Shown in pieces: positions 1-9,165 of a DNA stretch of 41,132 bases. This DNA comes from Candidatus Aenigmatarchaeota archaeon (GTDB lineage: Archaea; Aenigmatarchaeota; Aenigmatarchaeia; CG10238-14; SCSR01). Within the stretch, counting starts at the first letter, position 1. Each line of letters starts with the position of its first letter. The translations under genes and the position numbers were made by a program. The notes below the pieces were generated by a model, which worked only from the letters and a program-made list of their open reading frames with translations, made no database searches and was not told the origin of the DNA. Where the stretch lies: contig JBDRGB010000024.1 in the NCBI GenBank assembly GCA_043818155.1, positions 1-41,132 of the forward strand, read 5' to 3'.

Positions 1-1089
1 ATGGACGTCGAGACGAGGATGGACATAATCAGGCGCGTCGGCGAAGAGATAATAACCGAGGACGAGCTGCGGCAGCTGCTGCAGACCAAGCAACGTCCCG
101 TGGCGTACGACGGCTTCGAGCCCAGCGGGCTGGCGCATATCGCATTCGGCGTGTTCCGCGCGATAAACGTGCAGGACATGATAGACGCAGGCGTGCACTT
201 CAAGCTGTGGGTGGCGGACTGGTTCGCGTGGCTCAACAACAAGCTCGGCGGGGACATGGAGAAGATACAGCAGTGCGGGAAGTACTTCGTCGAGGTATGG
301 AAGGCCGCGGGCATACCAATGGACAAGGTGACGGTGCAGTGGACCAGCGAGGCCGTAGTGGACCCGGAGTACTGGAAGAAGGTCGTGCTCATAGCGAAGA
401 ACACCACTGTGCAGCGCGCCACACGATGCCTCTCGATCGCGGGCCGCACCGCCGGCGAGGTCAAGCAGACTGCGCTCCTGTTCTATCCGATGATGCAGAC
501 CGCGGACATCTTCTGGCTGAAGGCCGACATCTGCCAGCTCGGTTTGGACCAGCGCCGCGCCAACATGCTGGCGCGCGAGGTCGGGCCGAAGCTCGGTTGG
601 TGGAAGCCGGTGATCGTCAGCCATCACATGTTAATGGGACTGGAGGGGCAGAAGGCGCCCGACGGGCTGGATGAGAACCGCGCTTTCGATGTTCAAATCA
701 GCTCCAAGATGAGCAAGAGCAAGCCTAACACTGCGATATTCGTGCACGACACGAAGCAGCAGATCGAAGATAAGCTGAACAAGGCTTTCTGCCCAGAGAA
801 GCAGGTCGAGGGCAACCCCGTGTTGGAATACTGCAAGTACATAATTTTCCGCAAGCGGGACGAGATGGTGTTCAAGCGCCCGTCCAAGTTCGGCGGCGAG
901 CTCGAGGTGCAATCGTACGGCGAGCTCGAGCGCGTCTATCGCGAAGGCAAGCTGCATCCGATGGACCTGAAGGCCGGGACCGCCGAGGCGCTCGACGTAA
1001 TCGTGCGGCCGATACGCGAGCACTTCGAAAAAAACAAGAAGGCGCGCGAGCTGTACGAGACAGTGAAGCGGACGCAGGTAACGAGATGA
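1..1089 (+). CDS. tyrS: Tyrosyl-tRNA synthetase (archaeal type)
   Basis: 362 aa ORF starting at window position 1. By eye it is collinear with archaeal TyrRS: AYDGFEPSG N-terminal class I region, KMSKS loop, C-terminal KFGGEL-V-SY-ELE and LHPMDLK. Confidence 0.88.
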   Translation: MDVETRMDIIRRVGEEIITEDELRQLLQTKQRPVAYDGFEPSGLAHIAFGVFRAINVQDMIDAGVHFKLWVADWFAWLNNKLGGDMEKIQQCGKYFVEVWKAAGIPMDKVTVQWTSEAVVDPEYWKKVVLIAKNTTVQRATRCLSIAGRTAGEVKQTALLFYPMMQTADIFWLKADICQLGLDQRRANMLAREVGPKLGWWKPVIVSHHMLMGLEGQKAPDGLDENRAFDVQISSKMSKSKPNTAIFVHDTKQQIEDKLNKAFCPEKQVEGNPVLEYCKYIIFRKRDEMVFKRPSKFGGELEVQSYGELERVYREGKLHPMDLKAGTAEALDVIVRPIREHFEKNKKARELYETVKRTQVTR

Positions 1090-1116
1090 AATGTCCGAAC
1101 CTGCCTTTGGCCGGGT

Positions 1117-2430
1117 TCACATGAGCTTCTTGTGCGTTTGCATCTTGTACGCAACCACGCCCGACACGGCCACCGCGGCGCCTATCATCAGCGACTCCGG
1201 GCTGAGGTGGAGCAACAGCGCGGCCGCGGCCACCATCCCCATCAACGGAAGCACTGGAAACTTGCCGATATTCAGCGGGGTGCGGAACTCTCGCTTCGCG
1301 TTTGGCATCGAATAGCGCAGCAATATTACCGACGCGTTCACAAACATGAAAATGCACAGCATGCACATGTCAGTCACGCTCGCCACGACTTTTATCTGTC
1401 CTATGAACACGAACGCGACGGCAAGCGCCATTGAGACGGACAGGGACACCCACGGAGTGAACCGTTTCTTGTGCACGCGCGACAACACGCCGGGCAGCGA
1501 GCCGTCCCGCGCCATGCCGTACATCATCCTGGAGCCCACCACCAGGCCCAGGAGCACGGTGTTCGCGGTAGCGAAAAGCGCTATCACCGACATGAGCCAG
1601 AACGCGTTTCCGCCTAGCACCGAGGAGACTGCGAGCGCCAGAGGCGCCTTCGACGCCGCGAGGTCCTCCCAGCCGACCAGGCTAACGACCGCCATGCCGA
1701 CCAGCACGTACAGCACCGTTGTTATCGCGACGGCCGCTATTAGCGCCTTCGGCAAGACCTTCCTCGGGTTCTTCGCCTCCTCGCTTATGTTCGCGATGTC
1801 CTCGAAACCTATGTACGCGAAGAATATGAGCGCCGCCCCGGACATGACGCCGCTCACGCCGTTCGGCATCTCGAAATAGTCGACAGAGCCGTAATGCCCG
1901 AAAAACAAAGCTAACAGTACGACGAACACGAGTCCGGCCACCTCCACGAGAGAAAACACCGTGTTCAGTCTTGTCGTCTCCCTGATGCCCCAGAAGTTCA
2001 CGACCGACATCACCGATATCAGCGCGATTGCGGACAGCACGACTGGCGCGCCGACGAGCTCGTGCAGGTATCCTGCGAACCCCAAGGCAACCGCCGCGGT
2101 CGCTATCACACTCGCGAATATTGCGATCCACCCGACATCGAACGCCAACAGCCTGCTCTTGAACGCGTTCTTGACATACACGTATTCGGCCGCCGCCTTT
2201 GGAAACATGGATATCAGCTCCATGTAGCTCAGTCCGGTGAGCAGGCCCACAAGAGCGGCCATCGCGAACGACATCCAGACCGAGTTGCCGGCCATGCCTG
2301 CGGCCTCGCCTATGAGAGCGTATACGCCGGCGCCCAGTATTATGCCGACCCCGTATATCGTCGCCTCCCAGAAGCCGATTTCTCGCTTGAGGCCCGGTTT
2401 GCCCCGGCCGCGCGTTTTCGCGGTTTTCAT
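1117..2430 (-). CDS. Amino acid permease, APC superfamily
   Basis: 437 aa polytopic membrane protein. N-terminus GFWEATIYGVGIILGAGVYALIG is typical of APC transporters. About 12 hydrophobic segments. Confidence 0.8.
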   Translation of the reverse strand: MKTAKTRGRGKPGLKREIGFWEATIYGVGIILGAGVYALIGEAAGMAGNSVWMSFAMAALVGLLTGLSYMELISMFPKAAAEYVYVKNAFKSRLLAFDVGWIAIFASVIATAAVALGFAGYLHELVGAPVVLSAIALISVMSVVNFWGIRETTRLNTVFSLVEVAGLVFVVLLALFFGHYGSVDYFEMPNGVSGVMSGAALIFFAYIGFEDIANISEEAKNPRKVLPKALIAAVAITTVLYVLVGMAVVSLVGWEDLAASKAPLALAVSSVLGGNAFWLMSVIALFATANTVLLGLVVGSRMMYGMARDGSLPGVLSRVHKKRFTPWVSLSVSMALAVAFVFIGQIKVVASVTDMCMLCIFMFVNASVILLRYSMPNAKREFRTPLNIGKFPVLPLMGMVAAAALLLHLSPESLMIGAAVAVSGVVAYKMQTHKKLM

Positions 2431-2685
2431 AAACTATATAACGTTTCCCGTTTAATTAGTTTTAACGTCGGGAAAAGGTGCGAAGAACATGCCGAGCGAG
2501 GCCGGATGCGACAGCAAGAATAGCTCCTGTACTTCGTCCAGCTCCGGATCTTCGTCATCTTCCAGCTCGTCCAGTGTGTCTGGCTCCTCTGCGTGCTAGA
2601 CCCATTGGAAAAGTTCTAACCTGATTCTGGATGCTTCTGAAGGAACTGGTTAGATGCAAGTATGTTAAAACCGGAAGGTGGTTGC

Positions 2686-2946
2686 ATGGTGTTCGCCAAT
2701 ATGACTGTTGAAGAATTACGTAAGCTCGATGAACATGAAATAGAGACGCCGTCACCGTTCTTCCTGATGCGGAATCTGATGCACGCAGAAGAACTCAGGG
2801 AGTTGGGCGTTGCACGCGTGACTTACGGAGTAATGGGAAGGTCCGTGAGTTTGCACATATACCCGGAGAAGTCCGGCAACATGGAAAAAATAAAGGAGGC
2901 CGTCCGTCCCTACGTCGACAAATACAAAGGCGAAACAACAAAATAA
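2686..2946 (+). CDS. Hypothetical small protein (86 aa)
   Basis: ORF with a GGAAGGTGG Shine-Dalgarno-like motif just upstream of ATG 2686. Lower GC than its neighbours. No recognisable motif. Confidence 0.4.
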   Translation: MVFANMTVEELRKLDEHEIETPSPFFLMRNLMHAEELRELGVARVTYGVMGRSVSLHIYPEKSGNMEKIKEAVRPYVDKYKGETTK

Positions 2947-3004
2947 TCTACCTGAAAACTTGAAATAAAAGGAAAACAGAATTTAATGCAGACGGGTGCA
3001 ATGT

Positions 3005-4294
3005 ATGTTGGACATCAAGCTGATTCGCGAGACGCCTGATATAGTGCGTGAAAACCTCGAACGCAGGCACGACAAGGACAAGCTGAAGCTCTTAGACAAG
3101 GTGCTGAAAGTTGACGAAAAGTGGCGCAAACTTACGGCCGAAGTGAACGACCTGCGGAGCAAGCGCAACGCGACCAGCATCGAAATCGCAAACCTAAAGA
3201 AAGAGGGTAGGGAGAAGGACGCCGAAGCCAAGATCAAGGAAGCGGCGAGAATCCCCGTGCGCATCAGGCAACTCGAATCGAAGCAGGAACAGCTAGCGGA
3301 GGAGCTGCGCATCGGGCTGATGAGCCTGCCTAACATGCTTCACGAGAGCGTCCCTTTCGGGAAGGACGACCACGACAACTTAGAGGTACGGCGCGTTGGA
3401 GAGCCCCCGGCGTTCGGCTTCGAACCGAGGAACCACGTGGACATACTCAACGACCTTGGGCTGATGGACGAGGAGCGCGCTGCGAAGGTCGCTGGCAGCG
3501 GGTTCGTCTACCTGAAGGGACAGCTCGCCATGCTCGACCTCGCGATACAGCGGTTCGCGCTCGAGTTCCTGATCAAGCGCGGCTTCATGGTGGTGGAGCC
3601 GCCGTTCATGATGAACCGCAAGTCGTACGAGGGCGTGACAGACCTGGGCGATTTCGGGAACGTTATGTACAAAATTGAGGGCGACGACCTTTATCTGATC
3701 GCGACGAGCGAGCACCCCATGGGCGCCATGTACCGCGACGAGATTCTTGACAAGCGGCAGATGCCGATGCGCTTCGCGGGCATCAGCCCGTGCTTCCGCC
3801 GCGAAGTGGGCGCGCACGGCAAATACACCAAAGGCCTTTTCCGCATGCACCAGTTCAACAAGGTCGAGCAGTTCGTGTTCTGCCTGCCGGAGCAGAGCTG
3901 GCAGTTGCACGAGGAGCTGCAGAAGAACAGCGAGGACCTGTACCGGGCGCTCGGGCTGCACTACCGAGTCGTTAACGTGTGCACGGGCGACATAGGCAGC
4001 ATCGCGGCGAAGAAGTACGACACCGAGGTGTGGATGGCGGACGGGCAGTTCCGCGAGATAGGCAGCAACTCGAACTGTACGGACTACCAGGCGCGGCGGC
4101 TGAACATCAGGTGGCGCGAGGCGCCGAACAACCCGGTAATGGGGGTCGTACACACGCTGAACAACACCGCACTCGCGACGAGCCGCACGATGCTCGCGAT
4201 AATCGAGCAGTTCCAGCAGGCGGACGGGACGATAAGGATTCCGGAGGCTTTGCGTCCTTACATGGACGGCGCCGAGTTTATAGGTAAGAAGTGA
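3005..4294 (+). CDS. serS: Seryl-tRNA synthetase
   Basis: N-terminus MLDIKLIRE, a coiled-coil arm, then a class II core (FRRE, GxGxGxxR-like). Start taken at ATG 3005 inside track ORF 2996..4294. Confidence 0.93.
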   Translation: MLDIKLIRETPDIVRENLERRHDKDKLKLLDKVLKVDEKWRKLTAEVNDLRSKRNATSIEIANLKKEGREKDAEAKIKEAARIPVRIRQLESKQEQLAEELRIGLMSLPNMLHESVPFGKDDHDNLEVRRVGEPPAFGFEPRNHVDILNDLGLMDEERAAKVAGSGFVYLKGQLAMLDLAIQRFALEFLIKRGFMVVEPPFMMNRKSYEGVTDLGDFGNVMYKIEGDDLYLIATSEHPMGAMYRDEILDKRQMPMRFAGISPCFRREVGAHGKYTKGLFRMHQFNKVEQFVFCLPEQSWQLHEELQKNSEDLYRALGLHYRVVNVCTGDIGSIAAKKYDTEVWMADGQFREIGSNSNCTDYQARRLNIRWREAPNNPVMGVVHTLNNTALATSRTMLAIIEQFQQADGTIRIPEALRPYMDGAEFIGKK

Positions 4295-4316
4295 GAACTT
4301 ACATTAAAAGGCGGGA

Positions 4317-5219
4317 CTAGACGATAAAACTGAAAACAATCATTATCGCGTCACCCGCCCAGAGCGTGAACAGCAGCGCGAGCGGGAAAGCCGGCGCGAA
4401 CCTAACTCCTTCCTTTACCCGGACGCGCCGGACGCCGGATCTTTTGATGCGCCGTATGTCCGCGGCCGTGACGCCCTCCCATATCTTCGAGCTGTCGAGC
4501 ACGTCGCCGACGCACAGCCTGCTTACTGGGACCGTCCGCTTGAAACCGACGTTCTCGACCGCGTGCGCGAACTTCCACACCAGGAAGATGCACGCGGCCG
4601 CAGCCACCGGCATCAGGGAGTTCGACAGCATCGACGACGGGTCGATATGCATTCCGAAGTTCCGGTAAAGCATCAAGTTGATTCCGGTGAACGCTATGAA
4701 CAGCGCGGCCGCGATTGCCAGGAAGACGCGGCTGCTCGCCTTGACGTCGTTGCCGAAAGCTGCGAACACTCCGCGGTTGCGCGCCGCAACGACGAACGCA
4801 TAGAGCATCATGTACGCGGCGCCGACGAAGAACACGTTGAAGAAGTAGCTCGCCGGGAACGGGAAGAGCATGCGGACGTCCTGGAAAGCTTCTATGCCCA
4901 CGGATGCGAGCTCTGCGGGCAGGCTCGAGACGGACGGAAGCAGGCACCCCACTGCAGCGAGCAGCTTCGCGTCGCCTCCGCCCCACTGCCCGAGCCTGTA
5001 CATGAGGAAGCCGAACCCGAAGAACGCGGCGCCGACCGCAACGCTCCACGCGAGCGGCCACACGCTCCACTCCATGAACGACTGGTAGCCGTACAGCAAC
5101 ATCGCGATAGCGGCCATGGCATACGGCACCTCGTCCGGTATCTCCGTGGTGCGCAAGTCCCAAAGCGCGCCCAGAGTCGAGCCGGCCAGCGCGACGACGA
5201 ATGCCAAGAGCTGCAGCAT
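4317..5219 (-). CDS. A24-family aspartic peptidase (prepilin/preflagellin peptidase, FlaK/PibD-like)
   Basis: 300 aa membrane protein with two catalytic-Asp contexts, WDLRTTEIPD and WGGGDAKLLAAVG (GxGD). Confidence 0.7.
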   Translation of the reverse strand: MLQLLAFVVALAGSTLGALWDLRTTEIPDEVPYAMAAIAMLLYGYQSFMEWSVWPLAWSVAVGAAFFGFGFLMYRLGQWGGGDAKLLAAVGCLLPSVSSLPAELASVGIEAFQDVRMLFPFPASYFFNVFFVGAAYMMLYAFVVAARNRGVFAAFGNDVKASSRVFLAIAAALFIAFTGINLMLYRNFGMHIDPSSMLSNSLMPVAAAACIFLVWKFAHAVENVGFKRTVPVSRLCVGDVLDSSKIWEGVTAADIRRIKRSGVRRVRVKEGVRFAPAFPLALLFTLWAGDAIMIVFSFIV

Positions 5220-5307
5220 GTTATCTTGTATGTATTTGTGCTGCCTCTATAATATTTCTACCCGAGGAAAGTTTCTTAGGAAGGGGAATGAGGAAAGCGG
5301 AGCCGTG

Positions 5308-5472
5308 CTATTGATATTTTTTGAAGCCGACGCTGGAGGCTATCTCGCGGAAGCACCGGCGGCAGTAGTGAAGGCCGTACTTGCGTATCAGACCGCGTGC
5401 GTTGCCACAGCGCCTGCAAACGCGCGTACCGCGGCCGAACTTTTTCTTCTTCACGATTTTTTCCTTTGCCAT
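5308..5472 (-). CDS. rps14: 30S ribosomal protein uS14 (zinc-binding short form)
   Basis: Not in the ORF track (54 aa). Manual reverse translation gives [54 protein letters not shown], with the CxxC...CxxC and RKYGL..CRRCFRE signature. It lies downstream of rpl5 as expected. Confidence 0.9.
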   Translation of the reverse strand: MAKEKIVKKKKFGRGTRVCRRCGNARGLIRKYGLHYCRRCFREIASSVGFKKYQ

Positions 5473-5617
5473 AAGAGACACCCGTTTTGCGGAAGGAAGA
5501 GTGCTTCCCGCTTCACCTGCGCCTGACCATCTTCTGGCAGTTGCTCGCCAACGTGCGCGCTAACATCCGTCTATGCAAACCTCCACACTTTGATATTGTA
5601 CCGCTATCCCCTAATCC

Positions 5618-5926
5618 TTATCCGCCGCTATCGCCGAACACCCGCAGGAAGGCCTCGTCGTTCAAAACAGCGTCCTCCCCGCCGAGCATCTGCAACTCGA
5701 CCATCCTCTCGATTGCCTTCGAGTATACGCCGCTGAAATTGTCGTCCATCTCCGCCTTCCTCAGCACTATGCCGGATATGCGGTTCGTGGCGTCGACGAA
5801 CTCGGTAAGCCTTCGCATCTCCGACCTGTCTATCATCATTTCCATGCTCTTCATCTCTCGCATCTCGCGCTCGGCAACGCTTTCGTTATTCGGCACTTCA
5901 ACACATCCCCGCTTGTTTGAACGCAT
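5618..5926 (-). CDS. Hypothetical protein (102 aa) between rpl5 and rps14
   Basis: ORF with genome-typical GC3-rich codons (gag, aag, gac). No recognisable motif. Confidence 0.55.
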   Translation of the reverse strand: MRSNKRGCVEVPNNESVAEREMREMKSMEMMIDRSEMRRLTEFVDATNRISGIVLRKAEMDDNFSGVYSKAIERMVELQMLGGEDAVLNDEAFLRVFGDSGG

Positions 5927-5936
5927 CGCCGCTGCG

Positions 5937-6488
5937 TCACTCGGCTATCGACGCGCCGCAGCTCTCCTTCGCCCAAGCGATCGCGTCCTCCCTCGTTATC
6001 TTCTGCGATTTCGGCAGCTTCCTTGCCTGCACGCGCCTCCTTGCGATTCCGTATCCAGCGCGCCGCAGCGTCACCGTTACGTCGAATCCTAGGACGCCTA
6101 TCTCGTGCTTGTACTTCACTCCGGGAAGCTCTATGTACTCCTTGACGCCAAAACTGAAATTCCCCTCGCTGTCGAACTGCGAAGCATTGATGCGATTGTC
6201 CACGGCCGCGAGCGACTGCTTCAGGAAATCGGCTGCCTGCCTGCCGCGAAGAGTGAGCTTCACGCCGACCGGCTTTCCCTTAGCCACGCCGAACGTGCTC
6301 CTGCGCCTAGACACCGTCACCACCGGCTTCCTGCCTCCGCCCAACATCTCCAGCAGCTTCTTAGCGCGCTCGATGACCTGCGCGTCACCGCCACACCCGA
6401 GATTGAGAGTTAGCTTTTCCAGTTTAACAGACCGCATCGGGTTCGGATTCAGATTCGGATTTCCGCTCTTTTCAACCATCACAAACAC
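5937..6488 (-). CDS. rpl5: 50S ribosomal protein uL5
   Basis: NPMRSVKLEKLTLNLGCGG and FSFGVKEYIELPGVKY signatures. Expected operon position. Confidence 0.92.
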   Translation of the reverse strand: MFVMVEKSGNPNLNPNPMRSVKLEKLTLNLGCGGDAQVIERAKKLLEMLGGGRKPVVTVSRRRSTFGVAKGKPVGVKLTLRGRQAADFLKQSLAAVDNRINASQFDSEGNFSFGVKEYIELPGVKYKHEIGVLGFDVTVTLRRAGYGIARRRVQARKLPKSQKITREDAIAWAKESCGASIAE

Positions 6489-6519
6489 CGTCCTTTCCCA
6501 ACAACCAACATCAAGCCAG

Positions 6520-7233
6520 TCAAGCCGCCAGCTTTATGGCCGGCCCGTCCTTGCCGACCACGAACACATACGACTTGATGACCTCCATCCTATCCCCGCC
6601 GACTACGCACTGGATCCTCGCCGGCTCCTTTGTGCCCGTGGATATTATGTCCTCGACCTTGCCCGACGCCCCCATGTTCTTACCCTTGGTTATGAGGACG
6701 TCCACGCCCTTCTCCAGCTTTAGCACGGCCTCGATCTTCCTCGACGCGATGTCCATCACGACCGTGCCCCCCGGCGCCGCCTCCTTCGCCTCCCCCGCGG
6801 CCATGAGCACGCACGAGCCGTCATGCAGGTTCAGCTGCGCCTTCCCTCCCTTGACGACTCTCTTGCCGCGTATGCGGTAAAGCTTCCTGCCCGCGTCATC
6901 GCCCTCTATCTCGACGAGCTCGAGCCCCTTGGCCGTGGGCAGCACGCGGTAGCTCTTCCTCAGCTTCGGGATTGAAACGACATCCATCAGCCCCACCCCG
7001 AACTTGTGGTCCGTCCTCGCGCGCCCGTCCACCATCACCTCACGTGCTTTTATGATGTTCTTCGCGTCGTCCGCCTTCTCCGCTAGCTTCAGTATGTCGC
7101 GCATCACGACCACAAGCGGTATGGATTCGAAAAGCCTGTGCGGCCCGGGCCTAGGCCTGGCCACCCATTTGTTAGCCTTCTTTGGCACCGACCAGAACCC
7201 CGGTACGCGCAACCTCTTCAAGTGCCTTCTCAT
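6520..7233 (-). CDS. rps4e: 30S ribosomal protein eS4
   Basis: MRRHLKRLRVPGFW...PRPGPH N-terminus typical of S4e. 237 aa. Confidence 0.93.
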   Translation of the reverse strand: MRRHLKRLRVPGFWSVPKKANKWVARPRPGPHRLFESIPLVVVMRDILKLAEKADDAKNIIKAREVMVDGRARTDHKFGVGLMDVVSIPKLRKSYRVLPTAKGLELVEIEGDDAGRKLYRIRGKRVVKGGKAQLNLHDGSCVLMAAGEAKEAAPGGTVVMDIASRKIEAVLKLEKGVDVLITKGKNMGASGKVEDIISTGTKEPARIQCVVGGDRMEVIKSYVFVVGKDGPAIKLAA

Positions 7234-7643
7234 AACTTCACCTTTTTCTTTCCCGCATCTTTGGGCTTCTTCACGTTCGTCTTGTGCCTCTCTATCGAAG
7301 CCGCGCGCCTCTTGTCGTCGAGGTTCAGCCTCGTTATCATAAGGTTCGACGCGCGCAGCCCCGCCTGCCTCTCCGTGCCGTCGGTGCGCTTCACGACCAC
7401 GCCCTCCACGTACACGCGATATTTATCGGTGTCTATGCGCGAGACCTTGCCCGACCGCTTCCTGAACTTTCCGCGCATGACCGCGACCTCGTCGCCCTTC
7501 CTCAGTGGCAGGCTTCGCACGCCGTACTGCTTCCTGATGTCGGCCTGCAGGTGCGACGCGATCAGCTTTCGGCGTATGTGGAGGGGCGCGGTGCGCACGA
7601 ACTTCCTCTGCTTCCTCGCCTTCGCGGACTTGGGACGCGCCAT
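7230..7643 (-). CDS. rpl24: 50S ribosomal protein uL24
   Basis: KOW motif LRKGDEVAVMRGKFRKRSGKV. Overlaps the rps4e start by 4 nt. Confidence 0.92.
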   Translation of the reverse strand: MARPKSAKARKQRKFVRTAPLHIRRKLIASHLQADIRKQYGVRSLPLRKGDEVAVMRGKFRKRSGKVSRIDTDKYRVYVEGVVVKRTDGTERQAGLRASNLMITRLNLDDKRRAASIERHKTNVKKPKDAGKKKVKL

Positions 7644-7667
7644 TCAAAAGCACCATTCAAGCTCGTT

Positions 7668-8066
7668 TCACACTATGATGTTCGCTATCTTGCCTATTGA
7701 CGAGAACCGCTCGACCGCCTCCTTGGCCACGGGGCCCTTGACCTGCGTGCCGCGAGCCTCGCGTTTGTCCGTCACAAGCACCGCAGCGTTGTCCTCGAAG
7801 CACACGCGGAGGCCGTTCGCCCGCTGGTACGGGGCGCGCTGTCTGATTATGACGGCATCGACCATCTGGTGGCGTAGCTTCACGTCGCCCGTCTTCACCG
7901 CGCACTTGACCACGTCGGCCACGCCCGCTTTCGGCTTCCTGCGCTTCACGCCTTTGTATCCGAAAACGGATATTATTTCCATGGTCTTCGCGCCCGTGTT
8001 ATCGGCGCACACGAGCATGCTGCCCGTCACGACCCCCTTCCTGATGCGAGCTTTTACCGGCTTCAT
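7668..8066 (-). CDS. rpl14: 50S ribosomal protein uL14
   Basis: VCADNTGAK and IIRQRAPY..NGLRVCFEDNA signatures. Start taken at MKPVKA; the track ORF extends to 8084. Confidence 0.93.
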   Translation of the reverse strand: MKPVKARIRKGVVTGSMLVCADNTGAKTMEIISVFGYKGVKRRKPKAGVADVVKCAVKTGDVKLRHQMVDAVIIRQRAPYQRANGLRVCFEDNAAVLVTDKREARGTQVKGPVAKEAVERFSSIGKIANIIV

Positions 8067-8088
8067 CAAAAACACCCACCGCATGTAT

Positions 8089-8457
8089 CTACTTCACTAT
8101 TTCGACAACCACGAAACTCTTCGTCTTGCTGAGCGGACGGCACTCGGCAATGCGCACGACGTTCCCTTCCTTCGCGTCTATGCAGTCAGGCTTGTACGCC
8201 GCTATGCGGCTGTGCCTGCGCTCGTACCTCTCGAACTTGGTCACGTAGTGCGAATACTCGCGCTCGACGATTGCGGTCCGCTGCGCCTTCGTCGAAACGA
8301 CCCTGCCTTCGATGACCTGGCCGCGGACGCCCAGCGTGCCGTGGAACGGACAGTTCTTGTCCGAGCACTTGCCCGCGGGCGGCTCGACCTTGAGCCCGAT
8401 GTCCTTCGGCCCGCCCTTTCCGAGCTTAGCTTCGCCAGATTCGCCCTTCCTCGCCAT
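8089..8457 (-). CDS. rps17: 30S ribosomal protein uS17
   Basis: [17 protein letters not shown] and [16 protein letters not shown] signatures. ATG 8457 is preceded by GTGGTG; the alternative start is 8472. Confidence 0.9.
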   Translation of the reverse strand: MARKGESGEAKLGKGGPKDIGLKVEPPAGKCSDKNCPFHGTLGVRGQVIEGRVVSTKAQRTAIVEREYSHYVTKFERYERRHSRIAAYKPDCIDAKEGNVVRIAECRPLSKTKSFVVVEIVK

Positions 8458-8476
8458 TCGCACCACTTGCAAACTC

Positions 8477-8827
8477 CTACCATCTTTCGAACTTCTTCTT
8501 TATCCTGTCCTCGGGCCTGCCTACCAGCAAACGGCCCTCTATTTTGACTTTAACTCTGTTTGGTAGAGCAAATATAAATATGCTATTACGCTTCGATATC
8601 GATTTTGTTTTCGTTTTCGCAGTCTCTTTCGCCTTCTTTTTCGCGTTCGGCCTGCATTCTATCATGAGCATGTTGTAGCTCTCGTCCACGACCGTGCCGC
8701 TGAACCCGCCGAGCGACGGGTCCGTGCTGCCCGCTACCTTTACCTTCAGCCCGATGAGCTCGTGCCGCACGAGGTTCTCAGGCGTTATGCCGCACGAACG
8801 GTTTTCTTCTGGCATGCTAATTGACAT
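8477..8827 (-). CDS. rnp1: RNase P protein component 1 (Rpp29/Pop4)
   Basis: [10 protein letters not shown]...[13 protein letters not shown]...V.G Sm-like pattern. Conserved position upstream of rps17. Confidence 0.8.
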   Translation of the reverse strand: MSISMPEENRSCGITPENLVRHELIGLKVKVAGSTDPSLGGFSGTVVDESYNMLMIECRPNAKKKAKETAKTKTKSISKRNSIFIFALPNRVKVKIEGRLLVGRPEDRIKKKFERW

Positions 8828-8889
8828 ACTGGGATTCCTAAATCATAAGTCTTGTTGAATTCATAAACCCAGCGCTCGAAAAGTAAAAC

Positions 8890-9153
8890 ATGGCACGAAT
8901 CGAAAAGAAATGCTGGCCCGAATTCTTCCAGAAAATACTCGACGGCGAGAAGACGTTCGAGGTTAGGCTCGCGGATTTCGAATGCGAGCCGGGCGACACG
9001 CTCGTGCTGCGCGAATGGGACCCGCAGACGCAGCAGTACACCGGCCGCGAAATCGAAAAGGAAATCACATACGTAATCAAAACTAAGGAATTGCCGTTCT
9101 GGCCGGCAGAGGAAATCGAAAAGCACGGCCTCGTTGTACTCTCACTCAGGTGA
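8890..9153 (+). CDS. ASCH/DUF3850-like PUA-fold protein
   Basis: 87 aa. KKCWPEFFQKILDGEKTFEVR...GDTLVLREWDP....YTGRE matches the DUF3850/ASCH pattern by eye. It lies on the strand opposite the surrounding operon. Confidence 0.68.
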   Translation: MARIEKKCWPEFFQKILDGEKTFEVRLADFECEPGDTLVLREWDPQTQQYTGREIEKEITYVIKTKELPFWPAEEIEKHGLVVLSLR

Positions 9154-9165
9154 TGGTGCGCAGGC

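Noticed and set aside
7138-8547. A long 469-aa plus-strand ORF, together with similar 368-500 aa ORFs at 11841..13343 (+), 12344..13846 (+), 18485..19672 (-), 22625..23731 (-) and 26364..27494 (-).
   Set aside because: All lie antisense or out of frame to unmistakable r-protein, secY or cbf5 genes. They have Arg/Ala/Pro/Ser-rich, non-protein-like composition and are typical shadow ORFs of a GC-rich genome.
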